Origin: Octopus vulgaris
Lineage: Eukaryota
Assembly: GCA_951406725.2 (NCBI GenBank)
Contig: OX597823.1
Span: forward strand, 38,812,001 to 38,876,000
Direction: 5' to 3'
DNA: 64,000 bases
Part shown: piece after piece, positions 50,634 to 62,829 of the stretch
Numbering within the stretch: position 1 is the stretch's first letter
Layout: every line of letters starts with the position of its first letter
Made by a program: the position numbers and the translations under genes
The notes under the pieces: generated by a model
Database searches by the model: none
The model's input: only the letters and a program-made list of their open reading frames with translations
What the model was told of the DNA's origin: nothing

Positions 50634-52261
50634 GTGGTGGTGACAATGGTTATAATGATGTCTTAAGAATAGTGGTAAATTGCATTGTTAGTACTTTGAA
50701 GATGCTTTGCTACTCAATTAGCAGAAACTATATTCATTAAGATTAAACCCAAGCCCTAGAGTAACATGGTTCAAATTCTGTAAAATGACCTTACAGCTAA
50801 ATATCTCTATGATTTATAAGACAGTTATCAGACCCAGCTGTCAAATAGATTAGAAGGTATTTCAGTTGACAATCCCAACTTTTTGGCTTTTAAACATGGT
50901 GTATCTCTAGAAATCAGAGCACCTGATATGTTTTTCTCTTTCTTTTAAAAAAAGGTTATAGGTTGCAATTTCTAACATGTTGAGTGACCATGTACAGACA
51001 CCCTCATTGAGTGAAAGTAAGTTAGTTAAGGAGTAAAAGACTGACTGAATGTGTGGTGTAGTTTTACTGTTTTGTAAAACTTCTGGTCAGAGATGTTATT
51101 GTATAATATAACCTGAAATAAGTTAATATTCTAGCAAAGATTGAATAGACATTTTTCTCACTGATTTCAGAAAACAGAAACTGAAATAAATTTCAACTCT
51201 AACAAAAAATTTTTTAAATGGTTAGAAATTTTAAATAAATCTCATAAAATTGAGAGAAAGAATATGGGTTGGGTTAGGATGAAATGGCAGAATTATTTCA
51301 GCATGTTTTTGATCATTTTCCAAAGGATTCTTCATAGAATCACCTCCCAACAAGAATGATACACAATCCTGGAATATTCTACAGAGAATTGCTTTATTGC
51401 CAAATATAAGACTTGAATTTGGTTTAGTAAAATATTTTAGAATGCAGCTGGAGGTTGTAACTCTGTATGGCATCTTGGATGATGGCTAGAGATAGATAGT
51501 TAGATAGACACATAGAAAGGGAAAGCGGGGGAAGAGAATGCACTTATAAATGGAATTAATTGAACTAATGGAAGAGTTTGAGCGAGAGAAGGAGGTGAGA
51601 ATAGTGAGAGGAGGAGTGTGAATAAGTAATAAGGCCCTGTGAAGGAAGTGTAAATACACCTTAAGAATTGTCACATTATATAGTTTGGCTTCATGTTAGT
51701 GAAAATTAACTGGTAGAGAACTGGTCAGAAAGCCTCTCTACAATTACTTAATCTGCTAGAAACAACAGCTAAACTCCTTCAAGTAATATCGTATTGTTTT
51801 AAAGTGACATGTAGTCCTAAACAGGATGGTCATGGATAAAACACTATTGATTATGGACCTGATCACTACTTCACAGTTGACAAAGGTCGTCATAGCAATA
51901 GCAGGAAGTTGTACACTAGCTTGGTTCCAAAGTTGATATTACCAAACATAATAGTAATTATATATTCTGTTATTCTTTTACTGATTTTAGCCAGAGGTTG
52001 TAGCCATGCTTTGGTACCATTAAATTTGGAAGAAAAAAAAAAGCAGTTTGACAGAGCAAACAAGAAAAGGAAAATAAATGGAAGACAGAAACACAAGATT
52101 TAGATATCTGGAAGATGAGGTGGGGGTACAGAGATAATAGAGGAAGCCAAAAAGTAGACATTAAATATATAAAATATACATCAAATAAGGTATTCAGCTT
52201 TTTGAAAATTTATTTCACAATTTTCTTTATATATATATGTATATATATATATACAGAGAGA

Positions 52262-52294
<33 letters not shown>

Positions 52295-53560
52295 GGAGGG
52301 AGAGTATGTGCACACTTGCTTCAAAGAAAATCTAAAAGAAGACAATATTCTGACATACTTATAGAGCTCTTTATGTATCTTATGTCAGCATGTTAGTGTA
52401 TGTCATTCATCAATACACCTCTGTGCATGGTTGATGTACATCAATGTACATAGGGAGAGATAACAGTGATAGAGTCTTCACATTCGGTATAATTTCCTTT
52501 ATTCAAGAATAAACCAGGAAGAAAGGATGGCTAAGAATTGTCAGATGGAATCAGACATTCCTGACACATTTAGCAAAGTCTCTTCTAGAAATGGGATTAG
52601 TAGAGAAGATAAAAAATATCCAATAAAACCAAGTTAATATTGGAGAATAAAAGATCAAAGGATTCCAGAACATTCAGTCCATATTCTGCAGAAAAGAGAA
52701 TTTTACTACAATGACAAGATAACTTTTCATGTGGAATTTTTTTTTTTTACTGATTTATCTTCTATTTATTTTTATATCCTGGCAAAGCTGGAGAGAATCT
52801 GGCTAGGTTCAAAACTAAGAAGTAATAGAAGGCTGTGCATCCTCAACAAATCATTAATATCTATGTCATATGATGAAAGAATACTGTAGGTAAAGAAAGA
52901 AATAAAAGGAACATTAAGGCAATTCATTGGCTTTTACTAACAGTTAAAGGTTCGACCTTTGTGGGGTGGGGTTTTATTTCCGTGGAGTTAAACATTCCAG
53001 TTTTGCAAGTTTGAATATGATATTCAATACACCATTACATATACCTGGTTATGTCATTTGGTACACCACCTGAATTATTTTATATATAAATCATTACCTT
53101 GATTAATGTTAATTACTTAACCATGGCTTCAAGATTTTTGCAATTAAAGTTGGATGAAAACAGTAAAACATTATAGCTGTTTGAACTCATCAACTGGCAA
53201 ATAATTTACTTTAATCAATTTAGATCAAATGCTATATTATCAATTTGGAGAATTTTTTTGCACTTATTAATTTTAAAATAGTGATAGTTATTTTATTAAA
53301 TCAAAGAAGCATAGCATTTTCTGAAATTGTACTGAAGTTTTGTCACCAAATAGTCTTCTGAAATATAGGGATTGTAAAGAAAATCTTTTGGGTTGCATCA
53401 ATGTGAACTGGTAATTAAGAGAATTCTCAAGTTTAAAAATAAAAAAATATGCTAAACATAATATTTTTTTAAAGGATTCTTGAAAAACATCCTCAACAGG
53501 TGAATAAATATGCCCAAGTAAACAGAGTTCATAAATTTTCTCTGACAGAAAAATTCTTAC

Positions 53561-53604
53561 ATTAACTATTATCATTTGTCTAGCTTGTTGCAATTCTCTT
53601 CTTG
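53561..53604 (-). CDS. Candidate 44-nt internal exon (RRELQQARQMIIVN)
   Basis: Acceptor ctttcttcttgctgctag and donor at|gtaaga; only one of three frames is open and it ends in phase 0. Confidence 0.42.
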
Positions 53605-54251
53605 CTAGCAGCAAGAAGAAAGTTATGAGAGGAGTCTTAGAGAAGCGCATATGATTTTAGAACTGTTTTGACTCTAGAACCACTACATCATATTTAATAC
53701 CAGGTGTTCTCTATGACATTGAATATGAAGCACATACTAAAATTAAAATAATAATATAGAATAATTATGAATTTCTCTTAACTAAGTTTAAAATTAAGTT
53801 TGTAAAGGAGCAGTAAAGTCAATTTAATAATGTATATTATGTATTATTTATTGATGCATTATATAACAGTCTTGGAAGATAAGAGTCAAAGCAAACCAGC
53901 ACTTGATTTGAACTCAGCTAAATGAAATACTGAAGTATCTATTCTGGTGGTCTTTTGCTACAGCTGTCTATCTAATAATTGCTATCTTAAGATCATGAGC
54001 ACGGATTTATTAAAAAAAGAAATAGGAACGTTTGATGTTCATGAACTCTCTTCTTGGGAATTAGCTGCATAACCTAAATGAATTCACCTCAAATGTGAAA
54101 TGAAAAAGACTAGTCTCATTAGAAGTGATTGTTGAAGTTGCAGAGCACCACAGCCATGGTTAGATCTAATATATCACTTGGTTTAACACCCACTACATAT
54201 TGTTATGAAAGACTGAATAAAGTTCTAGCTACTGTGATAGCAAGCTGCACA

Positions 54252-54286
<35 letters not shown>

Positions 54287-54709
54287 AACAGACATTCAGT
54301 TGAGAGGTGGTCAATTAAGAAACACTAGCAGCTGCAGCTATGTGACAACATTTAGCAAGTTCTCTGTAAGCATGGAACAGGGATGTGAAAATAGGCAATG
54401 AAGAACTACATTTCACAAGACACCTAGCTGTGCATGACTTCTTCTTCTCTGGACAAGTTGACTTGCTAGGCTGGTCTGCAGTTTCCCTGCTGGTAATTTT
54501 GCTGTTGGAGCCCTATTGGTATCAAGAGACCATGTTATGCTACAATACCTAGAGTAGATCTAATCTACCATCACATCCTGTATATCTGGAGCCCAATGGT
54601 ATTTACAATGACAGTGTTTTTACTTGAAGAAATAAATGCTATAAATCAAATTCTCAGTTTACTGTTAGAGACACTGACATGATTTGTAAAATAAGGCTGG
54701 ATCTATTAA

Positions 54710-54888
54710 CCCTTTATTTCTGCCAAATGCAATGCTTATTTATTTACATTAATTTGAATTAGTCATACATTACCTTGTAGCTTGATATGATTGTTTATTT
54801 TTTAGAATAATATTGCAGGGTAAGTGTGTGAGGCTGGATGCGGCCAATTTGAAAATAAAACAAGATTATTTTGACTGGATATGCTGGG
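54710..54888. mobile_element. piggyBac-type MITE, same family as 40455-40658
   Basis: TTAA|cccttta ... atgctggg|TTAA, with shared internal ttctgccaaatg.aatg and ttatttttagaat. Confidence 0.7.
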
Positions 54889-55074
54889 TTAAAGTATTAA
54901 TTTTTGACATTGGGTTAGAAATAAAAAGATAACACAAAATTAGTTAATATTCTGTTTTGTTCTTGTTTCAAACAACTGAGGTTAGAATTAAACTCAAAAC
55001 CCATGAGAGTGTAAACCTTTTAGATGGCTATTTACAGTAAAACATTAAAAAAAAAAAGAACAATATTTCCTCTT

Positions 55075-55465
55075 TTTACATTTTTTAACTGTTTCAGCCC
55101 TGGACTGCGGCAATGCTAGAGTACTGCCTTGAAGGGTCTTTTAGTCAAACAAATCGAGTCCAGAATTTAAGTTTTATTTTTAAGTCTGATACTCTATCAA
55201 TCTTTTTTTGCTGAACCGCTAAATTATGGGGGTGTAAACAAACCAACACTAGTTGTCAAGAAGACAGTAGGGGAGGTAACAAAAATACATATACAAAGGC
55301 ACACACACTCACAAACAAACTTCCATTCAGTTTCCATTAACAAAGTTCACTCACAAAGCATTGGTCAGCTCAGGGCAATAGCAAAACACATACTTGCCCA
55401 AGGTGCTGCGCAGTCAGATTGAACCCAAAATGCATGGCTACTTAATCACACACCCATGCCTGTGT
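55075..55465 (-). mobile_element. Family-A SINE, degenerate
   Basis: tgtttcagccctggactgcggcaatgctagag..gaaccgctaa..acttgcccaaggtgc. Confidence 0.75.
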
Positions 55466-55925
55466 CCATTTACAATAAAGCATAGAAACCCCCAATTATT
55501 TCATACAATATTTGTTCATATTTGTTTAACAGAAATAATAGCTAAAAAAAAAAATTAATACAAAAATGTTTTGTTTATTGATTTATTTATTTTGTGTGTG
55601 TGTGTGTGTGTGTGCATGTGCAGGTGTGTGCATGTGCAGGTGTGTGCATGCATGTGTGTGTGCGTGCATGCACATACTATTTTCTTAGGTGAATGCTGTA
55701 CAATTTTAGCAAGTTGTAAGCAAGCTGAGTCTATGAATATTATGATTCCTGCTTGGAATCATTTCACTTAAATCAATAAAACTCTTGGGAAAGGATAATT
55801 TCCATTCCTCAATCTAATTAAAGAGAATTAAAAGAGTTATTCTTCATGGATGGATTTTACCAATTATGAAAAGTCAAACAGAAAATACAGACATTTAGTG
55901 TTTAATTATTTATCTCATTTGTATG

Positions 55926-55966
<41 letters not shown>

Positions 55967-55989
55967 TAATACTAATAATAATAAAGACG

Positions 55990-56170
55990 TCAAAGTTTGG
56001 CACAAGGTCAACAAATCTAAGGGGATGAGAATTAGTCAACTGCATCAACCTTAGTGTTCAAATGGATGAAAGGCAGAGTCGACCTCAGCAAAATTTGAAC
56101 TCAGAACATAAAGCCAGATGAAATGCTGCTAAGCACTTTTTGTCCAGCATGCTAATGATTCTGTCTGCTT
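55990..56170 (-). mobile_element. Family-C SINE within (TAA)n
   Basis: ggatgaaaggcagagtcgacctcagcaaaatttgaactcagaac. Confidence 0.75.
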
Positions 56171-56204
56171 GTTGTTATAATAATAATAATAATAATAACA
56201 ACAA

Positions 56205-56755
56205 CTGAAGCAGTACCAGACAGTGGCTCTCATGGCTTCTGATCTTAACTGATTGGAAGTGTTATCATGTACATTGTTTTGTCTTAGTAAAAAAGATGGG
56301 CTACAGTAAATATTCTGCTCAATACCACAGATTTGCTTGTCAGTTGTTTGACCTTAACCAGTTGACCATGTCACTTTATGGCTGATGATATATGCATCTC
56401 TGATCATGAGCAGAAGTAGCTGAGGAGCATCATAGCCATGTGTTGAAAGGAATTCTTAGAGGTTTGGATAATTCACCTTTGGAAACATGGGTGGTTCATT
56501 CAACATCCTTAAACAATCCTTATTCAGGGACCTTTTGAGCGGAATGGGCTACTCAACCAGAAGAAAATTCTAACTGGGCCCCACACGCAAGGTCATGCGC
56601 TGTTTATCTTGATATGAGATCACCATGTCACGCACATATGGTTGTGATGCATGTGCCTGGTGTACCCTTATCAGACGGGTAGTCATGATGTGTATACTGG
56701 GCTTCGTATATTTTACCCCAGTGTCACTTTGATGGCATGCACTGCTCTCTCACTC

Positions 56756-56792
<37 letters not shown>
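56205..56792 (+). mobile_element. ~550-bp non-coding interspersed element with (AAT)n tail, inserted in a TAA repeat
   Basis: GC-richer block with sharp edges between TAA runs and no ORF. It resembles an abundant octopus repeat from memory; class not established. Confidence 0.55.
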
Positions 56793-57789
56793 GAGTATAA
56801 AGTTAGCAGCTGGTCTCATCTGATATATTTTCTGGTTCTGATAAAGTTAACTAAGTTATTTGCTACACAGTGATGGCTGTATGAAAAATATATGATAGCA
56901 ATGTAACATTATCTAATATTACTATAAGGTCTCAAGTTTTTAAGGAATGATATGTTTCTAGCTGTGAGCTGTCTCTAAGTAGTAATATATCTGGTTTGTT
57001 TCTCACAGATGTATAATGTCCATGTTTTGGTATTGTTGAGTATTTCTGTGCAAAGGTTTTGAGGCTTCTGTTCATGGCAGCTGTGAATGCTTTAAGTGGA
57101 AAATAGAAATTGTATATGGATAAGGAGACTGAAGGATGGTCACCGATGAAGAAGTGAGCATCATAGAACAAATAAGCTGTTCTTGTGAAAAGAGAAAGAA
57201 AATGGATAGATAAGGAGGCCACATGTTGCTAATGTGAGAATCAGAACATCATCAATATTGTGATGAAATGGCTTTATGGAAAACCTTTGATCTGGTGATG
57301 GCTAGAGGCAGAGCCATTATATAGTAAATTGTACCAGAATAAACACATGTTAAATTTATTTAATGACCAAGAAGTTTGCTTTCACAGATTTCAAGGTTTA
57401 GAGATTGTTGTCACGGTTGTGACCCTAAGAGAGAAGACCCTATGGACACATAACAAAGAAAATAGATTCAAGTTGGTACTAAACTTGATTTTTAACAATT
57501 ATATCCATTGCCATAAGAAAATTAGAGAATTAGGGATAGCTGAGGAACAATTTTTTTTAACTTGTCTAACACTGACCAACTTCAGATCATTTTTGGTTCT
57601 ATGATAAAAAAAAATGTGAATTTATGACTAAAGAAAAATTAAGCTTTTTATCTTTATAGCTCAGACAAAATCTTCCATTATACTGTTCTATGTTTCATAC
57701 ACCAACATTATGGTTTCTTTCCTCAAATTCCATGTATGAGTGGTTGAAGGAGAGGGTTAAAAAAAAACATCTTTAAAAATAAAAGAAGC

Positions 57790-58100
57790 TGTGTCTATTT
57801 GCAATGGATGCACGACCATAATATCAATCCAGGTATGGATCTTGCTATGAAGTCACAATGGGAACACTGATGATTTTGATTTTGCCTGGGATTAGGCAAA
57901 TGTGTCTGTTGATTGCAGGATATAATTCTTTTATTGTTTTGTTTCTTCAACTCAAATTGTTTTGATGCATCATGACACATTTTATGTCATACGGATTAAT
58001 CTAAGCATTGACTTTCTCATAATGTCAAATTAAGCCGTAGAGACTTTAGTGATTCCAACTTATCCTTTTACCTAAGGACGCATCTTCCTTTACTGTTGTA
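57790..58100 (-). mobile_element. RTE (BovB-like) LINE ORF C-terminus with C2H2 finger, decayed
   Basis: GRCVLR*KDKL..*ESQCLD*SV*HKMCHDASKQFE..HQCSHCDFIARSIPGLILWSCIH follows the GRP..YKD..WE..DR..WR..FE..CxxC..S..GL pattern. Confidence 0.6.
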
Positions 58101-59255
58101 TCCCTCTACATGTTAAATATACAAAAGAATTTTTGGAATGCAGTCATTTTTCATTTGAACATTTTCTACACAACTGCACTGAATTCTCAGTACACCAACA
58201 TAATAATAAAAAAATTAGCAATTCTCTTAAATCCTTCTGAACTCTTAATCATTTTTCAAAGATATCTGAAACTCATAGGTAAAGTATTTCATAAGACATA
58301 TAGTCAAAAACGGATTAAGTTGCATACATAACATAATTGCTAAAAAACACCACAAAAGTTTTAGTAAATCAGTAGACTGCAGAAAATGGTAATGTTTAGT
58401 GTCGACCCAAAGTAATATAAATAATTCAAAAAGTGGAATAAATGTTATGTTGGGAGGAAGACAAAACAGACAGAACATTTCAGACGGAACCTTTTGGTGA
58501 AGAAAAGAAATGTCAGCTAGTATTGAAGAATAAATAAATTGAGATTAGGTGTTCCTTTCTTTCTTTCTTTCCATCCATCCATCCATGTGTGTGTGTGGGG
58601 GGGGTGCATGCACATGCATGTATATATATTTATACATATCTATGGTTATGCTTGTTGAGTAACAACTTGTGTAAATGGTACACACACACACACATATATA
58701 TATATACACACACACACACAAACACATATTTTATATATAAAGTAACAAACTAAGGAAAAATATTCCTTCAAAGGGGCATGTAAAGCATCTATTTCACTGG
58801 TACATATACACACATATACACACACGTATACATACATATATATATATATGATTTTTTAATTAAAATTTATTACATTGTATTAAGTAATATGTATGTCCTA
58901 AACCTCTTTGCTTCATTGGACACAATAAAATGTGAAGATGGCTTTTTTCTTCCCTATGAAATGTTGTTTCTAAGAAACTCAACAATGAGGATGTTTGATT
59001 TGCATCTCTTGTCAGACCTTATATTAAAATATTAACACACACAAAGTTTTATTGCTGTGGTAAAGTAATTTACATGTCTGACCTGTCAACTGCACGAAAA
59101 ATAGAAACCTCATTAATTTCCTAATTATATTGTTGTTGTTGCCCTAGGTCTTATCAAAGTCACATGACATGTAGGTTAGTTAGCCCAACAACAACAAGGA
59201 ACAATCTACAAGTCAGAGTTATGTGCTCATCTCAGGAGGATTATGTAATAATTTA

Positions 59256-59812
59256 ACAAGTCATCCCATAAGTTCTGTCCAAATTTCCCTTTTTTAAAAT
59301 TGAATGAAATTTAATAGTATTTTAGAATGTCTAATGGAATTAAAAATTATTTTTATGCATTTGTGTACATTTAAACTAATTAAATATTATTTTACAGAAT
59401 AATAGAATTAAAATTTCTTTGATTAAAACCCTTTCTAACATGGAAGTATCCAAAGAGCATTTGAGGCACATAATGCTTTATGAGTTCAAAAAAGGAAACT
59501 CTGCAGCCGAAGCGACTCAAAACATACACTCAGTTTATGGGAAAGAATGCTTAAATGAAAGAACTTGCAGAAGATGGTTTGCAAAATTCAGAAGTGGAGA
59601 TTTCAGCCTTGAAGATGAAGATCGAACAGGATGTCCAGTTGAGTTTGATGATAAGTTCCTTGAGGCATTACTTGAAGAAAATCCTGCATTATCACTTGAA
59701 GAATTGGCAATAAAGCTTAGTTCGAACCATACAACTGTTCATCGTCAACAACTTGGAAAGGTTCCTAAACTTGGAAAATGGGTGCCTCATGGATTGTTCA
59801 AAAGCAACAGAA
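59256..59812 (+). mobile_element. Mariner transposon 5' half (left end and HTH domains), cut off by a (TA)n array
   Basis: TIR-like aagtcatcccataagttctgtcc. From ATG 59440: [54 protein letters not shown]. No catalytic domain follows. Confidence 0.9.
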
Positions 59813-59827
59813 TATATATATATATAA

Positions 59828-59872
<45 letters not shown>

Positions 59873-59965
59873 CATATATATACATAAATACATATATATA
59901 CATATATACATACATACATATTTATATATATATATATACATAAATACATATATACATAAAGACAT

Positions 59966-60019
<54 letters not shown>

Positions 60020-60050
60020 TATATATAATCCGTTCTGTGTGTGTGTGTGT
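59813..60050. repeat. Compound TA/CA microsatellite
   Basis: Directly visible. Confidence 0.95.
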
Positions 60051-60834
60051 CTTCTAGGATCTTGGGCATCCTCCATCCACTCAAATTTGATATGTAGATG
60101 CCGACGGTATCGGGACGTATATAAGTCTTAGAAAAATTACAAAAATCGATTCCAGGTGAGAATGCGATCGATAAACCCATGGGAAACCAGCATAAAATTT
60201 CTTCTTCCTCAGGTTTAGTACTATATCTTTGTCATACAGGAGTTTTCAGGAAATATTATCCAAATCTCAGTTTTGGAATATCTGGTTGTGCTCTAGATCA
60301 CTGAATGAGTTGTTAGGTCACCATTCATAAAGAAAATGCTATTGTGAAAAATAATCAACTTTGGCTCTTTCTTAGTCAATGATTTTACATAATTAATATG
60401 GTAGACTAAAGGAATCCTATTTAAATCCAATTTCCTGTTTCTGCTGATTATATTTATTTATTAACATTATGTAAATTAGGTTTTTAATTACAAATTGGTA
60501 TTGCATTGACTATACCTTTCAGGAAGTCTGAGCCTCATTCTTTTCCATCCACTCCACTTTTCATTCTGATGTTTCAAATTAAACCAATATAAGATGTCAC
60601 TGTAATGATCATCTTCCTATCATTATTATTATTGTTGGTAGAATCAGTTGCTATAGAGATGATGTTCCAAGCAAAGCAGGTCAATGATTTGATTCCAATC
60701 ATAAGCTGACATCTGTTAGTTCACTCAATGCTCATGGAAAACCTACCAACATACCAAATTCTTAACACCCCTGCTACTATATATAAATATATAATGTGTG
60801 TGTGTGTGTGTGTATGTGCATGTGTGTATATGTA

Positions 60835-60868
<34 letters not shown>

Positions 60869-60877
60869 AAAGAGAGT

Positions 60878-61243
60878 GGAGGTGCAATGGCCCAGCGGTT
60901 AGGGCAGCAGACTCGCAGTCATAAGATCGCGATTTTGATCCCCAGACTGAGCATTGTGAGTGTTTATTGTGCAAAAACACTTAAAGCTCCACGAGGCTCC
61001 AGCAGGGGTGGGTGGGGTGGTGAACCCTGTTGTACTTTTTCACTTTTTCTTCCTGTTTCTGTTGTACCTGTATTTCAAAGGGCCAGCCTTGTCACACTCT
61101 GTGTCACGCTGAATCTCCCCAAGAACTACGTTAAGGGTACACGCGTCTGTGGAATGCTCAGCCACTTGCATGTTAATTTTACAAGCAGACTGTTCCGTTG
61201 ATTGGATCAACTGGAATCCTCATTGACATAACTAGTGGAGTGC
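60878..61243 (+). mobile_element. tRNA-derived SINE, family D
   Basis: Head ggaggtgcaatggcccagcggttagggcagc..gattttgatcccc (A/B boxes) followed by about 280 nt of GC-richer body. Confidence 0.65.
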
Positions 61244-61246
61244 TGT

Positions 61247-61520
61247 AGTAATATAAAAGAGAGATTCTGTCTGTTTGTGTGTGTGTTTGTCCCATAAAGT
61301 GAAAGTAAATGCTTCAAAGGAGGCAACACTAATTGTGCACATAATTTTGACGAACTGAATGGAGGCAAATATTCTCACTGGTTGTGGTAAACGTGACACT
61401 ATCTTTGTTCCTCGCATACCAGTTATACCATCTTTTGCCATGAGCATTAATAAAAGTCAGGGCCAAACACTAAAAAGTTGCTGGGTTGCATCTTGAAGAA
61501 CAAACACAAGTTCGTATATG
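61247..61520 (+). mobile_element. Non-autonomous Helitron remnant carrying a PIF1-helicase scrap
   Basis: 61359-61500 translates MEANILTGCGKRDTIFVPRIPVIPS/FAMSINKSQGQTLK/VAGLHLEE (PIF1 motif V). It is preceded by taatataaaaga..ctgtctgtttgt, resembling Helitron 5' ends. Confidence 0.75.
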
Positions 61521-61628
61521 AAATCCATCTTTATTTCTACTTCAATTATTACATGTTTTTCTCTTTTACAATACACAAATACAGGATGAGTAAACCTAAA
61601 TCTGACTGACAGGGCACATCATTTGTAA

Positions 61629-61930
61629 TCATCATCATCGTCATCATTTAACGTCCGCTTTCCATGCTAGCATGGGTTGGACAGTTCAACTGGGGTCTGG
61701 GAAGCCAGGAGGCTGCACCAGGCCCAGTCTGATCTGGCAGTGTTTCTACAGCTGGATGCCCTTCCTAATGCCAACCACTTCGTGAGTGTAGTGGGTGCTT
61801 TTTACGTGCCACCGGCACGGAAGCCAGTTGGGGCAGCACTGGCAATGGTCACGTTCGGATGGTTCTCTTGCGTGCCACAGGCACTGGTATCACAACTACA
61901 ATTTCCATTGATTTTGATCGATTTCGATTT
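61629..61930 (-). mobile_element. RTE LINE 3' UTR fragment
   Basis: catcatttaacgtccgctttccatgctagcatgggttggac..gctggatgcccttcctaatgccaaccac. Confidence 0.8.
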
Positions 61931-61943
61931 CATATTATTTATA

Positions 61944-61987
<44 letters not shown>

Positions 61988-62612
61988 CTTTATTCTCTCA
62001 ATGTCAGAAATTATTTCATCAATTGCAGTTATTTAGCCCCAAGATATCTCTGACTTAGCAGCAGACTTGTAATCACAAGTACTCCAAACATGGCCATCAT
62101 ATCTTTTACTGTATCTAATCCATGTGTACGGCATAATGGCCTGCTTGGGTAGCAGACTCAACCTATCACCTGGTTTTACACCCCCAGCTGGCACCTTGGG
62201 TGCCATTAATTAAGTTCACTCTGTTGCAAGCTTTCATCCATCTCTTGTTTAAAGATGATACTTTCCAAACCTTCACTCTAGCCTAGAAATCCTTGTGAAG
62301 GATCATGGGCTTTGCCTTTCCACTTAACTAAAAGAGTTTTTAAAAGATTGAGCAAGAAACAATGAATGTGAAATGGGTGCAGAGAGAAATGATTGGAATT
62401 TTGGAATCATAGATTACAGGTATGAATCTCTAAAAATTTCATTGCATCTCTGAGTTGAACACCATATTCTATATTACTTCATTCCACATGGCTACTGACT
62501 AAAATAGATACCAGATCACCATGAACTATTATTTGTAATTGACCAATGACCTATTCAGGGAAAAATTCATGTTACTTCATGTTGTGCCTAACACACATGT
62601 AACCCTAGTTAA

Positions 62613-62829
62613 CCATTTTGTTACTCTATTTCTGCTGAAACATACCGCTTTCATTTCAATTAATTTTGAAAATAATGAATCCATAAAAATTAATTTGCCC
62701 TTATTAAGCTGGTATTTGGAACATAAATTAACATAAAATTTCAAAGGAAGGTTTTAATTTAGATAAGTTTAAAACAAAATGTGTATCATAAAAATAAAGG
62801 TAGTCTCAAGTGACTTCGTATCAAAAGGG
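62613..62829. mobile_element. piggyBac-type MITE, second family
   Basis: TTAA|ccattttgttac ... gtatcaaaaggg|TTAA; a partial relative lies near 11760-11890. Confidence 0.7.

Noticed and set aside
59419-59865. SETMAR-like host gene
   Set aside because: Only the mariner HTH region with a flanking TIR-like end; no SET or catalytic domain, and it runs into a microsatellite.
61005-61022. G-quadruplex-like ggggtgggtggggtgg
   Set aside because: The fourth tract has only two G and it lies inside a SINE; no evidence of function.
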